A DNA stretch of 63,999 nt, filler included, from Octopus bimaculoides (GCF_001194135.2; 8 parts of 8 records of this genome joined end to end with filler, not necessarily neighbours in it); one strand, 5' to 3'. Shown: positions 1 to 12,126, numbered from the whole stretch's first letter. The notes: generated by a model from the sequence alone, not told the origin. Numbers and translations: made by a program.

Positions 1-114
1 CGTGACCATCTCGTTGATATTATCGTTCCCGTTTCAGCGCAAAAGTCCCACAGCACGTTGTTTACCAAAAGCAAAACGCCTTGCTCTTTGTGTCTGTCTG
101 TGTGTCTATATATA

Positions 115-349
115 TTCTTTTACTTGTTTAAGTCATTTGACTGCGGCCATGCTGGAGCACCACCTTTTAGTCGAACAAATCAACCCCGGGATTTATTCTT
201 TGTAAGCCCAGTACTTCTTCTATCGGTCACTTTTGCCGAACCGCTAAGCTGCGGGGACGTAAACACACTAACATCGGTTGTTAAGCGATGGTAGGGTTCG
301 CGGGACAAACAGACACAAATAAATACGCACACATACATATATACACGGG
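115..349 (-). mobile_element. tRNA-derived SINE family A, 3' half
   Basis: Reverse complement matches the 3' half of the full copies at 29211-29635, 35763-36164 and 51200-51652 (...ccagcatggccgcagtcaaatgact..aaacaagtaaaaga). Confidence 0.85.
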
Positions 350-674
350 TGTGTATGATTGTGTATAGAAGAATATATTACTCAAAGAGATTCCAACTTT
401 GATTTTCACGTTTTATTTATAATCTTATAATAACATAATATAATATAATATAATGAGATGATAGAATATTAAATGTCCATTCTGATTGCACTAGTACTTT
501 CATACATTAAACTATGCAATCTTTAGGTTCATATAGTAGTGGTGACTGTTATGTTTAACAATTTACAACTGTAGTGAGATGGCTAAACTGTGTGCCTTAC
601 ATACATTTGTATAGGCTCCAGAATGTTAATGTTTGCAAACTGTATTCTGACCAATCAGTGTGTGGCTTTACTAA

Positions 675-771
675 ATTACTTAAGTCATTTTATTAAATTG
701 TTTATTATTTTCAAAATTGATTGATATAAAAGCAGTGTATTTCGACAGAAATATGGTAACAAAATGGTTAA
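675..771 (-). mobile_element. piggyBac-like MITE end fragment
   Basis: Ends ...atatggtaacaaaatggTTAA, which resembles a TTAA-flanked CCC-type terminus with one substitution. Family assignment is from recollection and the other end was not found. Confidence 0.4.
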
Positions 772-2469
772 CAACAAAGGATGAATATGTAGTAGACCTT
801 TCGATTGATTAACCTCTCAGAAAACCTTAAATGCATTAGGACATGGTGTTACTGCTGAATTTCATCCAAATTAGCTATTGAAACCCTTCCACCATTTCTT
901 AAAACGTATTTGTGTGAATCATTATTTTCAGTGGAGACTGGAATTTAAAAAAAATAAACAAAACATTGACGTTGCCTTAAGACTATCATTAACAAATATT
1001 AAACCAAGATTTGATTTGCGCAAAAATAAACAAGTGCATCCTTCTTACTAAAGTAAAACATTTTTTTTTCTATTTGCAATAAATTTATATTTAAATATCG
1101 AGAAAAGTTAGTTTTTATTGTTTTTGTAAAGAAAACGATAAGGGTAACAACAAATTTCGGCACTATTTGCCTGAAGGTGGAAAAATTTTCTTTAATATTT
1201 TTATATTTATTTTAATTTTCAATTTGACTTTTCTTCGGAAGAAACCTTTGAAGATGATTATTTTTCTAATCTTTGAAGAAAAATTGTTTTGTATGTTTTT
1301 GTATTATTTTTTTAGACTCAATTTCTTTTCCCCGAATATCTTACATTGATTTTGAATTTGGTTATATAAAAAAAAAACCAATAGCTGCTGTTTCTTATTG
1401 ATTTGAATTCTTGACCAAAAAAGCCCCAACCAAATAATTTTGGTAAAGGAAAACAAACTAAGCATTTATTTTCTAAAAGATATACGCGAAAGTAAAAAAA
1501 AAACAAAAAACATAGATCAACCAACTAACATGTACATTCGAAATAAAATATCTGTAAGAAGAACAGTAAAAATATGCAAGACTTTTCTCAAGTTGAAAAT
1601 GTGAGATTGCTTTTGTTATCCACATTTCAATGATGGAACTTCGTGTTTTTGTCAGAAACCAGCTCCTTTCTTACAGGAAAATTTCAAATAATTAAAAAGC
1701 AGAAGAGAACACATCCGTCCATCCATCCATCCATCCATCCATCCATCCATCCATCCACCCANNNNNNNNNNNNNNNNNNNNNNNNNNNNNNNNNNNNNNN
1801 NNNNNNNNNNNNNNNNNNNNNNNNNNNNNNNNNNNNNNNNNNNNNNNNNNNNNNNNNNNNNNNNNNNNNNNNNNNNNNNNNNNNNNNNNNNNNNNNNNNN
1901 NNNNNNNNNNNNNNNNNNNNNNNNNNNNNNNNNNNNNNNNNNNNNNNNNNNNNNNNNNNNNNNNNNNNNNNNNNNNNNNNNNNNNNNNNNNNNNNNNNNN
2001 NNNNNNNNNNNNNNNNNNNNNNNNNNNNNNNNNNNNNNNNNNNNNNNNNNNNNNNNNNNNNNNNNNNNNNNNNNNNNNNNNNNNNNNNNNNNNNNNNNNN
2101 NNNNNNNNNNNNNNNNNNNNNNNNNNNNNNNNNNNNNNNNNNNNNNNNNNNNNNNNNNNNNNNNNNNNNNNNNNNNNNNNNNNNNNNNNNNNNNNNNNNN
2201 NNNNNNNNNNNNNNNNNNNNNNNNNNNNNNNNNNNNNNNNNNNNNNNNNNNNNNNNNNNNNNNNNNNNNNNNNNNNNNNNNNNNNNNNNNNNNNNNNNNN
2301 NNNNNNNNNNNNNNNNNNNNNNNNNNNNNNNNNNNNNNNNNNNNNNNNNNNNNNNNNNNNNNNNNNNNNNNNNNNNNNNNNNNNNNNNNNNNNNNNNNNN
2401 NNNNNNNNNNNNNNNNNNNNNNNNNNNNNNNNNNNNNNNNNNNNNNNNNNNNNNNNNNNNNNNNNNNNT

Positions 2470-2580
2470 TATTTCACGTTGCTCCAGTTCACTGAGCTGT
2501 CAAGAATGAGTAGACATAATTCAAGATATATCACCATTGTTGCAGATGATGGTGCCTAGATTGGTGAATGTAAGTGGTAT
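2470..2580 (-). mobile_element. RTE-like LINE reverse-transcriptase fragment (degenerate)
   Basis: Minus strand reads FTNLGTIICNNGDI, resembling the F-x-YLGS-x-I-x-x-x-G motif at the C-terminal end of LINE RT. Confidence 0.4.
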
Positions 2581-2689
2581 ATATGAAAAGGAAAAATGAA
2601 AAATTTTAACTCATGCCCATTGTCCAGAAATCTTCTATAAAAGAACAGACTGGACTAAGCGGAGCAGGAACACGCACGAGGACGGAAAG

Positions 2690-2734
2690 TGTCGCTGAAG
2701 AGGTCACAGATGTGTGACGAAAGATTTCCGGACA
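2690..2734 (+). ncRNA. minimal type I hammerhead ribozyme-like motif (Penelope-type)
   Basis: CTGAAGA at 2695-2701; stem II GTCACA/TGTGAC with a GATG loop; GAAA at 2719-2722; UUC triplet at 2726-2728; stem I TGTCG paired with C(G)GACA. Confidence 0.45.
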
Positions 2735-3059
2735 ATGGACAGGCGTTAAAATAAGAACAGTAATAAACGAGTAAAAAAAAAAGAACGAAAAAGAGAAAAC
2801 GCAAAAGAAACATGACCGAATCGGTTTGGGGGAGTCACATATATATAGAGAAGGAATGAAAGATATTCATTGTGTTTATATTATGGAACCCAAAATGTAT
2901 AAATTATGTCAATTTGCTCTTCGTTTATATTCGCACACCCCCACCACTGCTATTGTGTAGCAGCATTACCAAAATATACCAATTTAATGGAATGGATTTC
3001 AAAAAAGATCTTTATTTTTTTTTGCCCGTCTTTCTTTGTAACAAATTTATTCTTACAAA

Positions 3060-3128
<69 letters not shown>

Positions 3129-3639
3129 ATTTATATAATTCTGTCTTTTATCATTAAGTCATGACTAAACAAATTCCTATGGCGAAACGAAACAGTAGGA
3201 AATGCCAAAATATAAAAGTAAAATTAAAAACAAAAAAAAATGGGAAAAAAAGTAAAGAATAATAAAAGAAGTATAAAATTAATAAACGAAAGATAAAAAT
3301 TTACTCTCTCTCCCCCTCCTCCTCCTCACCGCCGAAAACAATAATAACAATCATAACANNNNNNNNNNNNNNNNNNNNNNNNNNNNNNNNNNNNNNNNNN
3401 NNNNNNNNNNNNNNNNNNNNNNNNNNNNNNNNNNNNNNNNNNNNNNNNNNNNNNNNNNNNNNNNNNNNNNNNNNNNNNNNNNNNNNNNNNNNNNNNNNNN
3501 NNNNNNNNNNNNNNNNNNNNNNNNNNNNNNNNNNNNNNNNNNNNNNNNNNNNNNNNNNNNNNNNNNNNNNNNNNNNNNNNNNNNNNNNNNNNNNNNNNNN
3601 NNNNNNNNNNNNNNNNNNNNNNNNNNNNNNNNNNNNNNN

Positions 3640-3828
3640 CATCATCTTCATCATCATTCTCATCATCATCAGCCATCCTCCTCCTCCTCCTCCTCCCCTT
3701 CATCATCATCATTATCATTATCGTTAACATCAGCGTCATCATCATCGTTATCATCATCGTCATCATCATCATCATCATCACCATCATCACCATCATCACT
3801 ATCATCGTAATCAGTCATCATCATCACC

Positions 3829-3862
<34 letters not shown>

Positions 3863-3875
3863 TCATCACCACCGT
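3640..3875 (+). repeat. degenerate (CAT)n/(CAC)n trinucleotide microsatellite
   Basis: Direct inspection. Confidence 0.9.
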
Positions 3876-3959
3876 CGTCACCAACGTTGCTCAGCATTTT
3901 GTCCGACTCGCTACTGATAACATCAACAACAACAACAGCAACAACAATTACTTCTGATA

Positions 3960-4150
3960 TGAGGCACAAGCCCAGAAAATTTAGAAAAGGGATTAGCTGA
4001 TCACATCGTCCCCCCACCCCCGTGCTCCAGCAGTACTTTATTTTCTGAACCCCAAAAGGATGAAAGGTAAAGTCGACCTCGGCTGAATATGAACCTAGAA
4101 AGCAAAGAGCCGGATTAAATGCCGCTAAGCATTATGTCCGCCGCGGTTAC
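3960..4150 (-). mobile_element. tRNA-derived SINE family B (diverged)
   Basis: Contains aaaggatgaaaggtaaagtcgacctcggc..gaacc, matching the copy at 35229-35458. Confidence 0.7.
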
Positions 4151-4159
4151 GATAATTTC

Positions 4160-4312
4160 TAGAAGCCCGAAATTTTGGGAGAATGGTGGGGAGAGGGAGA
4201 GGTCGATCTGATCGAACCCTAATCTTGACGGGTACTTTCTTTTATCGACCCTGAAAGGTAGAAAGGCAAAGCTGACTTCGGTGTATTTGATCTCAGAACG
4301 TTAAGAATCGGA
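4160..4312 (-). mobile_element. tRNA-derived SINE family B (diverged, second tandem copy)
   Basis: tttatcgaccctgaaaggtagaaaggcaaagctgacttcggtgtatttgatctcagaacg matches the family B core and B-box region. Confidence 0.7.
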
Positions 4313-4359
4313 AGAGATGTCACTCAGCACCTTGTCCGATGTGCTAACCATTCTGCCAT

Positions 4360-4413
4360 GATTATGATGATGACGATGATTGCAATGATGATGATGATGA
4401 TGATGATGAACAC

Positions 4414-4473
<60 letters not shown>

Positions 4474-4692
4474 GGTGGGGATAAACGGTGATGAATGACG
4501 ATGATGGCGATAATGATGATGATGATGACGACGACGACGAAAGTGATGATGATGGCGATGATGATGATGACGAAGACAATGATGATAATGTTGACGATGA
4601 TGATGATGATGATGATGATGATCATCATCATCATCATCATGATTATGGTAAATGATGCTGATGATGCTTGATATTGACGATGGAGAGAACAG

Positions 4693-4725
<33 letters not shown>

Positions 4726-4760
4726 CGATGATGGTGATGATGATGGTGATGATGCTTCCT
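4360..4760 (+). repeat. degenerate (GAT)n microsatellite with an internal (CAT)n inversion
   Basis: Direct inspection. Confidence 0.9.
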
Positions 4761-5221
4761 TTGGTTGATTATATCATAATGATTAAAAAAACAACACACT
4801 ATGACGATATCAACAACAAGAATAAGAACAAGAACAAAAAGAAGAAGAGGAAGAAGAAGAGGAAGAAGAATAAGAAGAATAAGAAGAAGAACAACAACAA
4901 CAGCAATTACAAGAAGCAAAACAAAATTATTTCGATTAATAGAAATATTGAAATATGAGTAAAACGAAAAAAAAAAAAAAACGAAAAATAAAAATATACG
5001 AAAAATAAATAAAAATAAGACTAAAACGCAGAAGTAAAGTAAGATATAAAAAAAAAAGTGAAAAAGAAAAAAAGCCGGAGTCCTTTGAGAAATGTTGCCG
5101 TTTAGAGAAGTCGAACCCACGCTGTGTTTGTTTCCGACTTATCTTATAGAAGTCCTTTCGCTTCGTCAAAGATTTNNNNNNNNNNTCAATATTCAGAACT
5201 GGTTCTTGGTTCTTCTGTACT

Positions 5222-5500
5222 TAAGGTGGTAGTGGTGGTGGTAGTGGTGGTGGTAGTGGTGGTAGTGGTGGTGGTAGTGGTGGTAGTGGTAGTAGGGTGG
5301 TGGTGGTGGCGGTGATAGTGGTGGTAGTGGCGATGGCAGTGGTGGTGGTGTTGGTGGTAGTAGTCGTAGTGATGTTGGTGGTAGTGGTGATAATGGTGGT
5401 AATGGTGGTAGTTGTGATGGTGGTCATGGTGGTGATAGTGGTGGTAGTGGTGGTGGTGGCTGTGCTGTGGCGATGGTGCTAGTGCAGTGGTGGTAGTGAT
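5222..5500 (+). repeat. degenerate (GGT/AGT)n microsatellite
   Basis: Direct inspection. Confidence 0.85.
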
Positions 5501-6000
5501 ATAATTGTATAGTTTGGTTTGCTCTTGTGGTTGGTAACTAATGTGATAGCAGTGACACGTGGTATTGGCATAATATAAGTGGTGGTGGAGGTGGTGGTGT
5601 GGTGGTTATAGTTTGCTGGTCCGGTGTAATTGTAGTTGTGGTGGGTGTGAAGAAGTGGTAGCGTGTTGACTGTGATATAGTTCTCGTATACGGTGGTACT
5701 GGTAGTGTTGGCGGTAGTTCGCAGGTGTGGTCTGATTGTGGTAGTGCAGTTAGACGATATGGTGGAGGTGGGGAATAGAATTGTAGTAAGGTGGTGGTGG
5801 TGGTGGTGGTTTGCTGTAGATTTTAGTATAGTTGCATTGATGTATTATAGTATTGGTATAGTAGAAGTGGTTGTTGCGGTTGTAGTGTGTTTGTGGTGGA
5901 TGGAGTCTGGTGGTTCTAGTGTAATTGAGATACGGTGAGTGTGACAGTCTAGGTTGTAGTAAGCTGGTCTAACATAATAATAATGTTTGGGTACATAGGT

Positions 6001-6074
6001 AAGGCGGCGAGCTGGCAGAATCGTTAGCACGCCGGATGAAATGCTTAACGGTATTTCGTCCGTCGCTACGTTCT
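6001..6074 (+). mobile_element. SINE family B, 5' tRNA-like head (truncated)
   Basis: aaggcggcgagctggcagaatcgttagcacgccgg...acgttct matches the 5' end of the copy at 35229-35458 on the opposite strand. Confidence 0.8.
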
Positions 6075-6088
6075 ACGTATTATTTTTA

Positions 6089-6462
6089 TTATTACCTCCG
6101 CCTGCGCTAAGGCGGAGGTATTGTTTTCAGTCGCATTAGTTTGGTTGTTTTCCATGGACAAGATATCTCAAGAACCGCTGGATAGATCCAGATGAAACTT
6201 TCAGAGATGTTTGACCTCGTGACTGGCACAAACACAATTAGATATTGGGATCGATCCCGTACCGGACAAGGATACTGGATTAGTTTTCCCTGTTTTTTTT
6301 TTTCACTTAATTTTTTAGAGCAGTCAGGTTCAGTTTTAGTATTCTCGTTTGTGAAAGCAATTGCGTTTATTTCAGATATTCTCATTTTAAAAATCATCTC
6401 CGGCTAATCGTTGAGAGGACGTTGGTGTTGCTTTGGTGGAGGTTTGCGCTCTCTGAGTGCTC
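6089..6462 (+). mobile_element. Helentron-associated non-autonomous element (HINE/DINE-1-like)
   Basis: 5' hairpin TACCTCCGCCT-gcgcta-AGGCGGAGGTA (6093-6120); 3' subterminal GGTGGAGGT (6435-6443); 3' stem-loop GCGCTC-tct-GAGTGC (6446-6460); T-rich flanks. Confidence 0.7.
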
Positions 6463-6471
6463 TTATTATTA

Positions 6472-6550
<79 letters not shown>

Positions 6551-6567
6551 CATTATCAGTATTATTA
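6463..6567 (+). repeat. (ATT)n microsatellite
   Basis: Direct inspection. Confidence 0.95.
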
Positions 6568-6602
6568 TGTATGTATATATCTGATATTTGTCCTCCTTCC
6601 GC

Positions 6603-6713
6603 CTCGGTTCGGCCAACGATATCGATAGAATAAGTACTAGGCTTAAAAAAGCAAAAAAAAAGTATTGGGATCGATACATTCGACTACAAACTCTTGAAGG
6701 CAGTAAAAGAATA
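6603..6713 (+). mobile_element. SINE family A, 3' fragment
   Basis: cggttcggc..gatagaataagtactaggctta matches the family A body. Confidence 0.65.
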
Positions 6714-6884
6714 AGATAAAGGATAGAAGATATGAAAAACAAAAACACAGGATTCTTGCTACGGTGAAGCACATGAAGTCTCAGGGAATGGGGAAGAGAG
6801 AGAACAGGTCCAACGCTTCACATGTCTTGGTAGCGTTCAGACAGCACATGGCAATACTGCAACTGATGTAAAACAAAGGATAAC

Positions 6885-7038
6885 TGTTATGTCTCAAGCC
6901 ACTGCTATCTAGCACCTTCGGATGATCTCTACTCAACCGCTACACAACTGCTACTCAACAGTCCTACCACGGCCAGACTACCTCTATTTATATGTCTTGG
7001 GAGATCCTACTTCTTCGCCTGGGGGCGTCGACACAACA
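6885..7038 (+). mobile_element. solo LTR (TGTT...AACA) with 5-bp TSD ATAAC
   Basis: Homologous to 34544-34729; TGTT/AACA termini; ATAAC at 6880-6884 and 7039-7043. Orientation is arbitrary. Confidence 0.65.
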
Positions 7039-7189
7039 ATAACGAAAGGTGCTAGAGTATTCAACAAATTCCAATCAAAGAGGCTTCCATCACTAGATTA
7101 TTCCGGTCAGTTCTTATTTCGATAAAAACCTATGATGTTGACACATGAAAGAGTACCGTCGGAATGGAAAAACAGATTGGTACTTTCTG

Positions 7190-7440
7190 ACAAAGATGCT
7201 TCTGAAAAATTCTGGGCATTGGAAGCAAGATAAGATCACAAACAAGGAAGTACTTCGAACTGCCCATGCCCTACACGCTTGAACCTTGTCATCCTGGGCA
7301 GAAGAATGCAGTTGGTATGGAATGTTCTACGAGAGGGAGAACAATGTCTCAACGAAATCCGCAGCGACATGGTTACCAGCTGATGCGAAGAGACCAAAGA
7401 GCTGATCAAAGCAAGTTTGGGGATCCACATTTGATAATCA
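7190..7440 (+). mobile_element. RTE-like LINE ORF C-terminal fragment (frameshifted)
   Basis: Translates across a frameshift as KILGI//W(K)QDKITNKEVLRTA, typical of the region after RT in RTE LINEs. Confidence 0.5.
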
Positions 7441-7502
7441 ACCGAAGATCAGAAACGAGGGACTCGGAGTGTAACAATTCTTAAAGGTAACGACATCCAA
7501 TA

Positions 7503-7545
<43 letters not shown>

Positions 7546-7760
7546 AATAGTGTCGAAATCATACTGAACCTGGATAATATATCAGTTGATGAAATAGGTT
7601 AATTCGTATTTGTATTTTTGTTCTTTTCATTAATTGTCGTTAGCGCCCTTCACCATTATATATATGTATATATGTGCGTATATGCGTGTGTATGTTTGGG
7701 TGTGCTTGCGTGTTGTGTGTGTTGTATGTATGTATCGGTAATTATATAGCTATGTACGTG

Positions 7761-7803
<43 letters not shown>

Positions 7804-7844
7804 CATACATATAAATATATATTTGTACATGTGTGTGTATATGT

Positions 7845-7886
<42 letters not shown>

Positions 7887-7926
7887 GCACACATACACAT
7901 ATGCACATACATGTGTATATATGTGA

Positions 7927-7968
<42 letters not shown>

Positions 7969-8889
7969 ATTGATATGTATATGTGTGTCGATATGTACAT
8001 GTGTACTTATATATATGCGTATATATGTCTATATTTATTTATATATACTACACACACACCCGAAAACATACACCCACACACACATACACACACACACACA
8101 CGTACACACTTACATACGCACAGTCACATGCACATATTACACTACACACACATAAATTTACAAGCATACACGCACAAACACACAATGCCACAATACGTGT
8201 ACGATGTTTAGCGCGGGCGTTCTAAGGAAAGGTGAATACAATAATAAAAGAATCAAGAATCACCAAAGAAACACAGAATGAATGCTAGTTTGTCTTTGAA
8301 TAAATGCCACAGTGAACTAAAGGAAAAAGAGAGAAGCGTTCACTTTACAACCTCTATACTGGTTGTTTTCTTTCCGGCAGGAATTTGGTCTTAAGACTTT
8401 TCTTTCAATTTATCAGTAATTCTTTTTCTTTAACGATTTTTTTTTCATTGAAACTTTCAATGCCAACATTTTTCTTGCTTTCTCTTCCAATTTTTTTTTC
8501 TATTCTTTATTTATTTTGCNNNNNNNNNNNNNNNNNNNNNNNNNNNNNNNNNNNNNNNNNNNNNNNNNNNNNNNNNNNNNNNNNNNNNNNNNNNNNNNNN
8601 NNNNNNNNNNNNNNNNNNNNNNNNNNNNNNNNNNNNNNNNNNNNNNNNNNNNNNNNNNNCATTTTTCTTGCTTTCTCTTCCAATTTTTTTTTCTATTCTT
8701 TATTTATTTTGCTAGTTTCTTTTTTCTCCTTTCTTCTCCTTTTTTCTCCTTTCTTCTCCTTTCTTCTCCTTTCTCACTTCAACGCTTTAAGTATCGTGTT
8801 TTTCTCTCTGTATAATCATTACACATCATTCTCTTCTTTGCCCATCTTTGTTTACGTATCTCTATTTTCTCTCCCACCAGCTCTCTTTC

Positions 8890-8936
<47 letters not shown>

Positions 8937-9531
8937 GCTCCCTCTCACTCATTCTTCCTCCCTCCCCTCTCTCTATCTGTCTATGTCTGTATGTATGTAT
9001 GTACCTACCTACCTACCTACCTACCTACCTACCTACCTACCTACCTACCTACCTTCTATCTATCTATCTATCTATCTATCTACACACATATCATTATCTC
9101 TTTCTATTGCTCTCTCCCTCTCTATCTCCCTTTCACTTTCTTTCCCTCTCCTCTCTCTCTCTCTCTCTCTTTCTCATTTTCTCATCTATCTATCCATTTT
9201 CTCCTTCCGTGATTTTTCTCTCTTCGTTTCCTTCTCTTTCTCTTTCTCTTTCTCACGTACGTTTATTTCCCCTTTCCCTTCCAACTTCGCTCTTGTTATC
9301 GCTCTCTCATTTCACACCTCTCATTCCCTCCCCTTCATTTGCTTACACTCTCTCCCACTCCCTCTCTCTCATTTCACTTTCATTTCCCCTTTCCTTCTAT
9401 TTCCCCTCCTACCATTCTCCCTATCTCTTTTGTCATTCATCTTTTCTCCTCCTCTCTTGTTCGTTCTACTACATTATTATATCTATCTTTCTCCCCTTCT
9501 CAACGTCTCCATTTTGCTAGATCCCTATCAT

Positions 9532-9565
<34 letters not shown>

Positions 9566-9722
9566 TTTGCTATCTTGCACCCACTTCTTGCACCTCTCCG
9601 TCTCTCTATCCTTTTCTATCTGTCTCTACCAACAGTGCAACATCTCTCTTTATTCCTCTCTCAGTCTTTATCTCGTTACCCCTCTCACATCTTTGCTATC
9701 TCTTCCTTCATCGATATTTAAC

Positions 9723-9778
<56 letters not shown>

Positions 9779-10040
9779 GTTTCTCTGTCTGCATGCGTGC
9801 TTGCCTGTCTCTCTTTCTTACTATCTCCTTCTCTCTTTCTCTCCCTCCCTCCCTCATTCTCTTACTATATTTCTTTTTCTATCAGCCTCTCCTTCTCTCC
9901 ACTCAACTCTCTATCTCACTTCTCATTTTCTCTCCCTAATTTATTTCATTCACGCTCTCTATCATTTTATTCTATCTTATTCTCCTCTATTTCCTCACTT
10001 TTCTGTCGCTATCCAATGATTCTCTCTCTCTCCCTCTCGG

Positions 10041-10081
<41 letters not shown>

Positions 10082-10504
10082 CCCTTTCCTTCGCATTTCT
10101 CTTCTTTTCTTTCTTTTTCCTTTACTTAAAATTTCTTTCTCACTCTCCTTCTCTCCTTCACTCCTCTTTCATTTTGTACTTTTTCTCATTTTTCCTCGAA
10201 GTGTATCTACTCTACACCTTATCTCATTCCTCTCCTTCATTCAGCTATTTCATTCATTCGTTCTGTCTTCCCTTCTTTCTCGTTTTCTCTCTTCTTTCTT
10301 TCTTTCTTTCTTCCTTTCTTTCTTTCTTCCTTTCTTTCTTCTCTTCTCTTCTTTGTTTGTTTGTTTGTTTGTTTGTTTGTTTGTTTCTTTCTTTGTTTCT
10401 TTCTTTCCTTCTTTCTGTTGCTCATTCTTTCATCCTTATTTTTCATTTCTTCCATGTTTTTCCTACCTCTCCGTCTCTCTCTCTTTCCATCCCGCCCCCT
10501 CTAT

Positions 10505-10965
10505 CATCTCATTCCCTCTCTCTCTTTTCCTCTCTCTCTCTTTTCCTCTCTCTCTCTTTTCCTCTCTCTCTCTTTTCCTCTCTCTCTCTTTTCCTCTCTC
10601 TCTCTTTTCCTCTCTCTCTCTTTTCCTCTCTCNNNNNNNNNNNNNNNNNNNNNNNNNNNNNNNNNNNNNNNNNNNNNNNNNNNNNNNNNNNNNNNNNNNN
10701 NNNNNNNNNNNNNNNNNNNNNNNNNNNNNNNNNNNNNNNNNNNNNNNNNNNNNNNNNNNNNNNNNNNNNNNNNNNNNNNNNNNNNNNNNNNNNNNNNNNN
10801 NNNNNNNNNNNNNNNNNNNNNNNNNNNNNNNNNNNNNNNNNNNNNNCTCTCTCTCTTTTCCTCTCTCTCTCTTTTCCTCTCTCTCTCTTTTCCTCTCTCT
10901 CTCTTTTCCTCTCTCTCTCTTTTTCTCTCTCTCTCTTTTCCTCCCTCTCTCTTTTCCTCTCTCTT
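10505..10965 (+). repeat. 16-bp minisatellite (CCTCTCTCTCTCTTTT)n spanning a gap
   Basis: Units are visible on both sides of the N-run at 10633-10846. Confidence 0.85.
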
Positions 10966-11382
10966 TCTTTTCCTCTCTCTCTTCCTCTCTCTTCCTCCAT
11001 ACCCCACCCCTCACTTAATCTTTCTTTCTCCGCCTTCATTATCCGCCTCCATATTGTTCCCCCTTTTTCTCTATCATTCTCTTATTCTTCTCTCTCTCTC
11101 TCTCTCTCTCTCCCTCTCTCATTGTTTGTCTGTCTCTCTTTATCTGACGCTTCTTTCCTCCTTTCCCATCTAGCTCTTTCTTTCTTCCTTTCTTTCTTTC
11201 TTCATCCTCATTGTCACCACCGCCGCCGCCACCGTCGTCGTCATCATCATCACCATAATCGTCATCATCATCAATAACATCATCACCATGATGGTCGTCG
11301 TCGTCGTCGTCATCATCATAATCAACATCGTTCTTACCTTCTTCCTTCTCTTTCTCCTCTTCCTCCTCCTCCTCCTGCACCC

Positions 11383-11433
<51 letters not shown>

Positions 11434-11476
11434 GTTATTATTATTATCATCATCATCATCATCATTATTATTTTTA

Positions 11477-11517
<41 letters not shown>

Positions 11518-12089
11518 GTTATTATTATTATCATCATTATCATTATTATTATTTTTATCATTATTATTATTATCATCGTCATCATCATCATCATCATTAT
11601 AATTATTATCATTATCATTATCATCAATATTGCCATCATCAACAAATCACACCAACCTTACCTTTAATCGGCATTCTCTTCACGTGCCGTCCACCTCACT
11701 CAACTGATCCCTCCTCCCCCCCACCACCACCTACACCGCTCCACACCAACACCCTCCCCTGTTGTTTTACACTTCGTGCAACCGTAGACGAAAACCGTAA
11801 GCCCATTAGTCGTCTTATTGAGAGTGGAACTATTGAGAGACCAAAGTGTTTTTGTTGATGCTACATGAAAAAAAAAAAAATAGAAGAAAAACCAAAAATT
11901 ATATAAAAAAAGAAATAAGCAAAATAATGCAACAAAAAATAAATAAAATTGAGTAAAAAAAAAAGAAGTATGGTATGGAGGTGGGGATGGTGAAAAAAAG
12001 GAAAAAGACGGGCCAAAAGAAAAATCAAAAGCAACACCAAGATATATATAAGAAGAAGAATTGTAAAAATATAAAATACACACACACGC

Positions 12090-12126
<37 letters not shown>

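Noticed and set aside
5145-5175. CTTTCGCTTCGTCAAAGATTT resembling U5 snRNA loop I
   Set aside because: The invariant loop sequence GCCUUUUAC, the flanking stems and the Sm site are absent.
8463-8712. Direct repeat of about 55 bp on both sides of the gap at 8520-8659
   Set aside because: This is the typical unmerged contig overlap across a gap and most likely an assembly artefact.
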